A DNA stretch of 64,000 nucleotides from Eubacterium sp. Its GTDB lineage: Bacteria; Bacillota; Clostridia; Oscillospirales; Acutalibacteraceae. Where the stretch lies: contig JAFSZK010000057.1 in assembly GCA_017458975.1 (NCBI GenBank), positions 11,978 to 75,977 on the forward strand, in the 5' to 3' direction. The notes beneath the pieces are model-generated. The model searched no databases and was not told where the DNA came from. It saw only the letters and a list, made by a program, of their open reading frames with translations. Of this stretch, positions 57,601 through 64,000 are shown piece by piece. Position 1 is the first letter of the stretch. Every line of letters starts with the position of its first letter. The position numbers were made by a program, and so were the translations under genes.

Positions 57601-59692
57601 CGTTACAACAAACAAGACTCTTGAGGAAGCGTTTACAAAGGTTGCTCTTCCCGAGGCTTGTAACAATAAGAAAAATCTCTATATCCGTATTGTAGCCTCT
57701 GACGACGTTACAATCGGCGGCGGCGCTTACGTAGGCACAACCTCGGGCGCAATCGCATTTAACAATATCAGCGTAACCGGCGAGGTTGTAAGCGTTGATA
57801 CCTATACCGTAACATTTATTAACGCCGCGGGTACTACGGTATCAAGCGAGGAATATCCCTCGGGTACTCCCGCAAACGAGGTAGCCGTTCCGAGGGTAAC
57901 GGCTTCATGGTATGACGATGATTTCCATTACAGCTACGCGTGGGGTACAATTGCCGACGTTACGGATAATGCAACATATAACGAAACCGAAACCAAAGCT
58001 TCGCATAACGGAAACTACACCGAAGAAATAATCAAAGCTCCCGACTGTACTAATGCGGGCGAAACGAAATACACCTGTACCTGCGGACATTCTTACACTG
58101 TTTATCCTGAGGCGCTCGGACATACCTGGGGCGCTCCCTCATATCAGTGGAATCAGGACAACAATGTTTGGAAGTGTACGGCTACAAGAACCTGTACAAG
58201 GGACGCAAACCACGTTGAAACCGAAACAGTAACAGGCGTTGGCGCTCAGAGCCTTGCTCCTACCTGTACAACAAAGGGTAAGACGACTTATACCGCAACC
58301 TTCACTAATGCAGCGTTTGCTCAGCAGACCAAAGAGGTTGAGGATATCGACGCTACGGATCACGCATACGGTGCTCCCTCCTATTCCTGGGAACTTGTTG
58401 AAAACGTATGGAAATGTACGGCTACAAGAGTTTGCGCTAACGATGCAAACCATATCGAGACCGAAACTGTGGACGGCGTTGGCGCTCAGAGTCTTGCTCC
58501 CACATGTACAACCAAGGGTAAGACGACGTATACCGCTACCTTTACAAATGCGGCGTTCGCTCAGCAGACCAAAGAGGTTGAGGATATCGACGCTACGGAT
58601 CACGCATACGGCGCTCCCTCATATTCCTGGGAGCTAGTTGAAGGCGTATGGAAATGTACGGCTACAAGAGTTTGCGCTAACGACGCAAACCATATCGAGA
58701 CCGAAACAGTGAACGGCGTTGGCGCTCAGAGCCTTGCTCCTACCTGTACAACAAAGGGTAAGACGACATATACCGCTACCTTCACTAATGCAGCGTTTGC
58801 TCAGCAGACCAAAGAGGTTGAGGATATTGCAGCGCTCGAACATGACTATGTTCCCGTTGTTACTGCTCCTACCTGCACAGAACAGGGTTATACAACCTAC
58901 ACCTGCTCAAGAGGTGACGATAGTTATATTAATGATTACGTTCCCGCAAAGGGTCATACCGGCGGAGCTGCCGTTCACGAAAACGAAACCGCAACGTCAT
59001 ATGACGAGGTAGTTTACTGTACGTCTTGTCATACCGAGCTTAGCAGAAAAACCGTAAGCAAGGCTGCTCCCTCCGTTCCCGAGGGTACGACTCCGAGCGA
59101 GACCGAGGCAAACAACGCTAAGGAAAACAAGTCGTTAATTACAATTAATGCAAGCAAAATCGCTACCTTCCAGAGCAAGAAGAATAAGACTCTTACCCTT
59201 AAGTTCTCAACCGTTAAGGGCGCAACGAACTACAGAGTAAGATATGCAAAGGCAGGCGGTAAGTGGACATACGCATGGACCGGCGGCAAGGGCGAATACG
59301 TAATAAGAAACCTTAAGAATAAAGGTCTCTATCAGTTCCAGATTGCCGTATACGTTTACAAGAACGGCGTATGGCAGAGAAGCAAGTATTCAAATATGAA
59401 TTACCGTTACTTCACTAAGCTCTCAAAGGTTAAGGCTAAGGCTGCAAAGAAGAGCATTAAGGTTAACTGGGCTGTTGACAAAAAGGCTTCGGGCTATGAT
59501 ATTGCATATGCAACCTCAAAGAAAGGCGCCAAGAAGGTTAAAACCGTTAAGGGCGCAAAGAAAAAGGCGTATACAATTAAGAAGCTTAAGAAGAACAAGA
59601 CCTACTATGTATTTGCACGTCCCTACAAAATGAAGGGCGGCAAGAAATACACGGGTCAGTGGAGCACAGCCAAGAAAATCAAAGTTAAATAA
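54635..59692 (+). CDS. Secreted CotH-family kinase domain protein with Ig-like modules, three 80-aa repeats and basic FN3-like tail
   Basis: Signal peptide; KGRGNATW, YNINLDKK, KWCLLAN, YLGSYMLSEK and GPMWDMDKSFG (CotH). Start at 54635 behind GGAGG. Confidence 0.88.
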   Translation: MLKTYSKRMLSIFISLTIILSALAITPITALAVDDPGTLDSAKLNFWADPENTITQDDITAFQGGDKTTMVGAVAVHKRSGSSSNYYLFLPTNADCTALKVWFTASSASVDGTPLTNGEATDAFSAANAGGVKSDHTLTLDGTDYSLHVMKSGEVGAVYIDTSSGTIANINNSSDKSVYESGTILVTRPDGTVDYDGALKKMKGRGNATWSAKGKKNPYNINLDKKASLLGMEKSKKWCLLANSDDSTLVKNEITYDFAEYIGVNSQVICKPVDLYVNQQYLGSYMLSEKVEVGKERVNVTDSYESLEEANAVTDPATGEVITDLEGRTEAEVKSYNDSNGTPAATGAQAYLQSNNIAHMVGARKYSPALTDPADVTGGYLYELEISNRWVDEPAGFCAYNRQGWVLKNCDFASKGMVDYSYDLLYALGSSVYNGGVVPSASTTTNCSGLSTVSIALYGPREITNPAPAAQYQGKKWSELLDADSAVKLYWTQELFKNLDSSTSSTYFYKDTDSKDSKLYAGPMWDMDKSFGTDSVLDSSRWGSSLTSSTGWYARNTRIYRWRANDGGTSYSNDNQAPRTFYGALANYCPDFWQMAKGSWYTLVEPAVQILLGNETDSTGTLKSIDEYVNTISKTGSMNKYRHNIDNDKAYDASSVGNTLKTWLSERRTWINGQFPTSDISTDSDFNVEAIPAQKYTGSAICPKLTVTCNGAVLKEGTDYSVEYSNNILPGDFAKATITGLGLYTGEKIVEFVISKGTLEGGSVTIKESAFPDEELTAEVKNADGSAISDGIVYQWYADDTAIQGQTANTYTTTQEDIGKTITVKAKGNGTVIDNYEITSNECAVRAPVVTNVIASWDYSYTDDSAALANADTSGETYYYTATGGEQKDKATLTGSFDAANSAEIKWSGSDIYANGAISDQAPILEADKVTPVAWGSYPYFETKLSTVGYDNLKISAKLGGSKKGAKNYKLQYSTDGSTYTDVTGAAYSVTTNKTLEEAFTKVALPEACNNKKNLYIRIVASDDVTIGGGAYVGTTSGAIAFNNISVTGEVVSVDTYTVTFINAAGTTVSSEEYPSGTPANEVAVPRVTASWYDDDFHYSYAWGTIADVTDNATYNETETKASHNGNYTEEIIKAPDCTNAGETKYTCTCGHSYTVYPEALGHTWGAPSYQWNQDNNVWKCTATRTCTRDANHVETETVTGVGAQSLAPTCTTKGKTTYTATFTNAAFAQQTKEVEDIDATDHAYGAPSYSWELVENVWKCTATRVCANDANHIETETVDGVGAQSLAPTCTTKGKTTYTATFTNAAFAQQTKEVEDIDATDHAYGAPSYSWELVEGVWKCTATRVCANDANHIETETVNGVGAQSLAPTCTTKGKTTYTATFTNAAFAQQTKEVEDIAALEHDYVPVVTAPTCTEQGYTTYTCSRGDDSYINDYVPAKGHTGGAAVHENETATSYDEVVYCTSCHTELSRKTVSKAAPSVPEGTTPSETEANNAKENKSLITINASKIATFQSKKNKTLTLKFSTVKGATNYRVRYAKAGGKWTYAWTGGKGEYVIRNLKNKGLYQFQIAVYVYKNGVWQRSKYSNMNYRYFTKLSKVKAKAAKKSIKVNWAVDKKASGYDIAYATSKKGAKKVKTVKGAKKKAYTIKKLKKNKTYYVFARPYKMKGGKKYTGQWSTAKKIKVK
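58115..58834 (+). repeat. Three tandem in-frame 240-bp (80-aa) repeats inside the CotH gene
   Basis: tcagcagaccaaagaggttgaggatat recurs at 58321, 58561 and 58801; unit H..GAPSY.W..WKCTATR.C..D.NH.ETET..GAQSLAPTCTTKGKTTYTATF. Confidence 0.95.
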
Positions 59693-59791
59693 AAATTCAG
59701 GGAGAGCTTTGGCTCTCCCTCTTTGATTTATTATTGAAATTATCCGGCTGATGGTTTATAATATTTTTAACATATATTAAGGAGAAATAAA

Positions 59792-60517
59792 ATGTTTGAC
59801 GCTCTTAAGGTAAAAAACGACTGTGTTAAATGGATTCGTGATTTCTTTGAAAAAAACGGAAAGGACTGCAACGCCGTTGTCGGTATCTCGGGCGGTAAGG
59901 ACAGCTCGATTGTAGCCGCGCTGTGCGTTGAGGCTCTCGGAAAAGAAAGAGTTATCGGTGTTTTAATGCCAAACGGTGAACAAAGCGATATTGATATGGC
60001 AAAGCTTCTTGTTAATCACCTCGGCATTAAGCATTATATTATTAATATCAAGGACGCCTTTGACGGAGTAGTCGGCGCGATGCCCTTTGAGCTTTCCGAA
60101 CAGAGCCGTATTAACCTTGCTCCGCGAATCCGTATGTCGGTTTTATACGCCGTATCCCAAAGTAATAACGGACGTGTTGCAAATACCTGTAACCTCTCCG
60201 AGGACTGGGTGGGCTACTCAACAAGATACGGCGACTCCGTAGGTGATTTCAGTCCGTGTTCGTTTATTACCGTTGCCGAAATGAAGCAAATCGGCGCGCT
60301 TCTCGGACTCCCCGACTGTCTTATTAACAAGGTACCCTCCGACGGACTGAGCGGTAAGAGCGACGAGGATAACCTCGGTTTTACATATGCCGAGCTTGAT
60401 AAATATATAAGAACGGGCGAAATTGAGGACGCCGCTAAAAAGGAAAGAATTGATTATCTTCATAAGCTTAATCAGTTCAAGCTTGAGCTTATGCCTGCTT
60501 TCAAACCCGAAATATAA
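59792..60517 (+). CDS. nadE: NH3-dependent NAD+ synthetase
   Basis: VGISGGKDSS, PRIRMSVLY, GYSTRYGD, KVPSDGL and DEDNLG motifs. Confidence 0.96.
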   Translation: MFDALKVKNDCVKWIRDFFEKNGKDCNAVVGISGGKDSSIVAALCVEALGKERVIGVLMPNGEQSDIDMAKLLVNHLGIKHYIINIKDAFDGVVGAMPFELSEQSRINLAPRIRMSVLYAVSQSNNGRVANTCNLSEDWVGYSTRYGDSVGDFSPCSFITVAEMKQIGALLGLPDCLINKVPSDGLSGKSDEDNLGFTYAELDKYIRTGEIEDAAKKERIDYLHKLNQFKLELMPAFKPEI

Positions 60518-60635
60518 CCCCGAAAACGGGGTTTTTATTTTTCTGTACCGATTTTCGGACATAGAATTTTTGTTCTATTTACTTATTGCCTTTTTCGGGT
60601 TATGGTATTAACAGAAATCTTACGGAGGTGGAGAA

Positions 60636-60782
60636 ATGATGGACGAAGCGCGGCTTAAAACAATTGACTTAACCGACGGTACCTCACCGGAGGAGGACGT
60701 GCTCTGGGCGCTCAATTTCCTTCTTAACCTTCCTGCCGATGACGATATGCCCCTTGTTATCGAGGATAATAAAAATAATTAA
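60636..60782 (+). CDS. Small acidic protein (48 aa), unannotated in the ORF track
   Basis: MMDEARLKTIDLTDGTSPEEDVLWALNFLLNLPADDDMPLVIEDNKNN*, preceded by CGGAGGTGGAG; fills an otherwise empty intergenic gap. Confidence 0.55.
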   Translation: MMDEARLKTIDLTDGTSPEEDVLWALNFLLNLPADDDMPLVIEDNKNN

Positions 60783-60854
60783 TTTTAGTATTGTTATACT
60801 TGCACTATTCTGTTATAATGTTTTGTATAATGTAATATAACAAGGAGTAATTTT

Positions 60855-62219
60855 ATGGAAAATACGGGCAATTTTACGGTTGACTTTATAAACGATAATA
60901 TCGACGGAACTACAACCGTTTACTACGATTTTAACTGGGTTAAAAACACGTCCGAAGAATATAACCATAAGCTCGCAAAAATGGTAAGCCAGTTTGCAAT
61001 GCTCGGTTACGACAAGGGCTTTGAGGACGAAACCAAATCCACGGGCTACGATTATACAAAACCGAATCTTAAAATCGCTCTTGAGAACTGCGGCTTTAAA
61101 AATATTGAGATTAACGCAACCGCAACAAGGGACGAGGTAAACTACTTTATAGCTCAGCGTCCTACCGAGGTTGAGGGTAAAAAATACAACCTTGTTTTTG
61201 CCGCGTTTATAGGCTCTTATACAAAACAGTGGTATTCTAATTTTGACCCGTTCGGAACCGAAAGAATAACAAACGACGGTTACGGTTATGCGGGCTTTGA
61301 GGAAAAGGGCAAGGTTCATCTCGGCTTCGCCGACGCAAGAGAATACGTTTACGATAAGCTCATTAAGTATATAAAAAGAAATCCCGATGACGGCGAGCTT
61401 AAGCTCCTTTTAACGGGTCATTCCCGAGGCGCCGCCGTTGCAAATCTTCTTGCGGCAAAGCTTATTGTTCAGGGTAAGCTCGGCGATATTGAAATAGATA
61501 AGGATAATATTTTTACCTATTGCTACGCTACTCCGAACGGCGTTATTCTTTCCGAAGAGGAAAAAAACAATCCCGACTTTAAACGAATTTTCAGTATCGT
61601 AAATCCCGAGGATTTCGTAACCGAGGTTCTTCCCGAGGCATGGGGCTTCGGAAAATACGGTACGGTTTATACTCTTCCGAGTAAATCCAATAACAAGATT
61701 TTAAGCTTTGAAGCCTACGAAAAGGTTATGCAGGATTACTACAAGCGTTTTAAGCTCGGTAAGGAGTACCACCCGTTTAAAAAGGGTACCGACGCCGTAG
61801 ATAAGATTTCGGAAATATTCGCCATGGGTATGGAAAACCTCGAAAGCTATTATACTAAGGAAATGAAGGAGCTTTTTGATGATAAAACTCCGTTTGATTA
61901 CTTTATGACTACGCTTTGTCCCTACGTTGCCTGCGGAACAAGCGACGAGGATATCGCCGCTAAAAACGAATGTGCAAAGCTGCTGCTTCTCAGCGCATAC
62001 GATTTTGTAGGTACCGACGCAGCATACAGGAATATCTCCCGCTTCTTTGTACAAAAGGAGGGCTTCGGCGGAATTACCAATAACCGCGTATCCTCAACCT
62101 ATTTCAGCGACAGCCACCGACCCGAAACCTACTGCGCATATATGATGGCGGTATCAAAGGAGGCTTTCCTTAACGAACCCGAGCCGGAGGATACTCAAAC
62201 CGAAGAAACAAGCGAATAA
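60855..62219 (+). CDS. Lipase class 3 (alpha/beta hydrolase), no signal peptide
   Basis: HLGF..A, LLLTGHSRGAAVA (GxSxG), YCYATP, VNPEDFVT.V.P and a late DSH.PETY His motif. Confidence 0.85.
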   Translation: MENTGNFTVDFINDNIDGTTTVYYDFNWVKNTSEEYNHKLAKMVSQFAMLGYDKGFEDETKSTGYDYTKPNLKIALENCGFKNIEINATATRDEVNYFIAQRPTEVEGKKYNLVFAAFIGSYTKQWYSNFDPFGTERITNDGYGYAGFEEKGKVHLGFADAREYVYDKLIKYIKRNPDDGELKLLLTGHSRGAAVANLLAAKLIVQGKLGDIEIDKDNIFTYCYATPNGVILSEEEKNNPDFKRIFSIVNPEDFVTEVLPEAWGFGKYGTVYTLPSKSNNKILSFEAYEKVMQDYYKRFKLGKEYHPFKKGTDAVDKISEIFAMGMENLESYYTKEMKELFDDKTPFDYFMTTLCPYVACGTSDEDIAAKNECAKLLLLSAYDFVGTDAAYRNISRFFVQKEGFGGITNNRVSSTYFSDSHRPETYCAYMMAVSKEAFLNEPEPEDTQTEETSE

Positions 62220-62235
62220 TAAAAAATAAAATACC

Positions 62236-62276
62236 AAAAAGAATCTGACTTGCAAATGCAAGTCAGATTCTTTTTT
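62236..62276. terminator. Bidirectional terminator between lipase and guaA
   Basis: aaaaagaatctgacttgc-aaat-gcaagtcagattcttttt, 18-bp perfect stem. Confidence 0.85.
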
Positions 62277-62308
62277 AGGATAATTCACTCCGTTTGCTGC
62301 AAGCTTCT

Positions 62309-62437
62309 GAGAAACGGTCTCGAAATTTGCCTTCGGCTTTAGTCTGTGTCAAGTTTCTACGCATCAGTCCCCCGGACTGTTGCTCCCAAATCAAAGATTT
62401 GGAGAAACGGTCTCGAAATTTGCCTTCGGCAAATTTC
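62309..62437. repeat. Palindrome-rich element with a 29-bp direct repeat immediately after the guaA stop
   Basis: gagaaacggtctcgaaatttgccttcggc at 62309-62337 and 62402-62430; hairpins gaaatttgc-cttcgg-gcaaatttc type, cagtcc-ccc-ggactg and ccaaatc-aaa-gatttgg. Confidence 0.7.
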
Positions 62438-63964
62438 TCACTCCCATTCCACCGTGCCCGGGGGCTTCGAGGTTATGTCGTAAACTACGCGGTTGATATT
62501 TTTAACCTCGTTTGTTATACGGTTTGAAACCTTTGCAAGAATATCGTAGGGTATTCTCGCCCAGTCGGCAGTCATGAAATCGTCGGTTGTAACCGCCCTT
62601 ATTGCCACAAGGTTCTCATACGTCCTGTGGTCACCCATAACGCCTACGGTATTAACTCCGGGAAGAACGCAGAAAAACTGCGCAAGCTCCCTTTCATAGC
62701 CGTTTTTAGCCATTTCGTCGCGGAGAACTGCGTCCGCCTCCTGCAAAAGCTTTACCTTTTCGGCTGTAATTTCACCGATTATTCTTACGCCGAGTCCCGG
62801 TCCCGGGAAGGGCTGGCGCCATACGAGCTCACGCGGTATTCCGAGCCTTTCGCCCACTCTTCTTACCTCGTCCTTAAATAAATCCGCAAGCGGCTCGATA
62901 ATTCCTAAAAATTCAACGTCCTCGGGCGTTTTTACTCGGTTATGGTGTGTTTTGATAACGTCCGCGTCACCCTTGCCCGACTCAATACAATCGGGATAAA
63001 TAGTACCCTGAGCAAAGTAGCCCTTGTCGTTTTGCTTTCTGATTTCGTCCCAGAAAACGTTAAAGAACTCGGTTCCGATAATTCTTCTTTTTTCCTCGGG
63101 GTCCGTCACTCCCTTAAGCGCTTTAAGGAATTGTTCCTGACAATTAACGCGGATAAAATTCATATCAAAGAGCGTTGTAAAGGTTTTTTCAACAAAGTCG
63201 CCCTCGTCTTTTCTCATTAGTCCCTGGTCAACAAAAACGCAGGTGAGCTGTTTTCCGACTGCTCTTGAAAGCAGTCCCGCGGCTACCGAGGAATCAACTC
63301 CTCCCGAAAGACCTAAAATAACGTTTTTGTCGCCGATTTGCGCTTTCAGTTTTTCAACCGTATCGTCAATAAAGCTGTCCATAACCCATTCGCCCTTACA
63401 ATGACAAATCTCGTAAAGGAAGTTATAAAGCACCCTGTCGCCGTATTCGCTGTGGGTAACCTCGGGATGGAACTGAACGGCATAAATATCCTTTTTTGTA
63501 TTTTCCATAGCCGCAACGGGACAATCAAAGGTAGTTCCGATAATATCATAACCCTCGGGTGGGGTTGCAATATAGTCCGTGTGGCTCATCCATACAACCG
63601 ATTTTTCGGGAACGTTTTTAAAAAGCTTCGATTCCTTCGCGGTAAATTCAATTTTTCCGTATTCCGAAACGGGAGCGGTTTTAACCTCGCCGCCCGCCAT
63701 ATACGAAATCAGCTGACACCCGTAACAAATACCGAGTATCGGTATTCCGAGCGATAAAATATCCGCCGTATAATGAGGAGAGGACATATCAAAAACCGAG
63801 TTTGGTCCGCCCGTAAAAATAATTCCCCTGTATCCTCTTTTTTTAATCTCTTCAAGCGGCGCGGTATATGGCAGGATTTCCGCATAAACCCTGTGGTCGC
63901 GCACTCTTCGTGCAATAAGCTGGTTATATTGGCCGCCAAAGTCAAGAACTAATATTTTCTCCAT
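62438..63964 (-). CDS. guaA: GMP synthase (glutamine-hydrolyzing)
   Basis: LDFGGQY, GICYGCQ, QFHPEV, LSGGVDSS, QGTIYPD, PFPGPGLGVRI and SKPPGTVEWE motifs. Confidence 0.99.
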   Translation of the reverse strand: MEKILVLDFGGQYNQLIARRVRDHRVYAEILPYTAPLEEIKKRGYRGIIFTGGPNSVFDMSSPHYTADILSLGIPILGICYGCQLISYMAGGEVKTAPVSEYGKIEFTAKESKLFKNVPEKSVVWMSHTDYIATPPEGYDIIGTTFDCPVAAMENTKKDIYAVQFHPEVTHSEYGDRVLYNFLYEICHCKGEWVMDSFIDDTVEKLKAQIGDKNVILGLSGGVDSSVAAGLLSRAVGKQLTCVFVDQGLMRKDEGDFVEKTFTTLFDMNFIRVNCQEQFLKALKGVTDPEEKRRIIGTEFFNVFWDEIRKQNDKGYFAQGTIYPDCIESGKGDADVIKTHHNRVKTPEDVEFLGIIEPLADLFKDEVRRVGERLGIPRELVWRQPFPGPGLGVRIIGEITAEKVKLLQEADAVLRDEMAKNGYERELAQFFCVLPGVNTVGVMGDHRTYENLVAIRAVTTDDFMTADWARIPYDILAKVSNRITNEVKNINRVVYDITSKPPGTVEWE

Positions 63965-64000
63965 TGCCTAATCCTCCGTAATGAAAATATTATACACATT

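Noticed and set aside
58115-58834. 240-bp repeats as a CRISPR array or mobile element
   Set aside because: They are in-frame coding repeats without unique spacers, and no cas genes are present.
62309-62430. 29-bp direct repeat as a mini-CRISPR or as prophage/ICE att sites
   Set aside because: Only two copies with a 64-nt self-structured spacer, no cas or integrase gene, and the repeat is not derived from the guaA coding end.

Overview
64 kb chromosomal window from a Gram-positive anaerobe of the Clostridia type; the gene content and the style of the surface proteins suggest an Oscillospirales-like gut or rumen organism (inference). About 40 genes are supported. Housekeeping and metabolic genes are metF, a split metH, rlmB, galM, an FHA-RodA-PBP operon, rsuA, a CdaR regulator, purL, rubrerythrin, rplM-rpsI, cysK, azlCD, nadE and guaA. 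These are interspersed with many stand-alone secreted modular proteins, including a 2376-aa PI-PLC/LRR/LamG protein, a CotH kinase with three 240-bp repeats, a GH26 enzyme and a beta-helix protein. I saw no rRNA, tRNA, CRISPR array, integrase or transposase. The best candidate for an undescribed system is at 39748-43972 (minus strand): a T-box riboswitch with a Leu (CUC) specifier drives a catalytically eroded LeuA-like protein that is translationally coupled to a degenerate TIM-barrel/acyl-CoA synthetase fusion, possibly a leucine-sensing branched-chain fatty acid (isovalerate) salvage module. Other highlights: a 303-bp fold-back element next to a gene whose tail resembles Methanobrevibacter adhesin-like proteins; a Fe-S flavoprotein-HypA-membrane protein operon with a CsoR/RcnR-type operator; a P1B-ATPase-like protein lacking its catalytic motifs; and a galM truncated by tandem stops. 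All family assignments come from motif recognition by eye; no database search was run.
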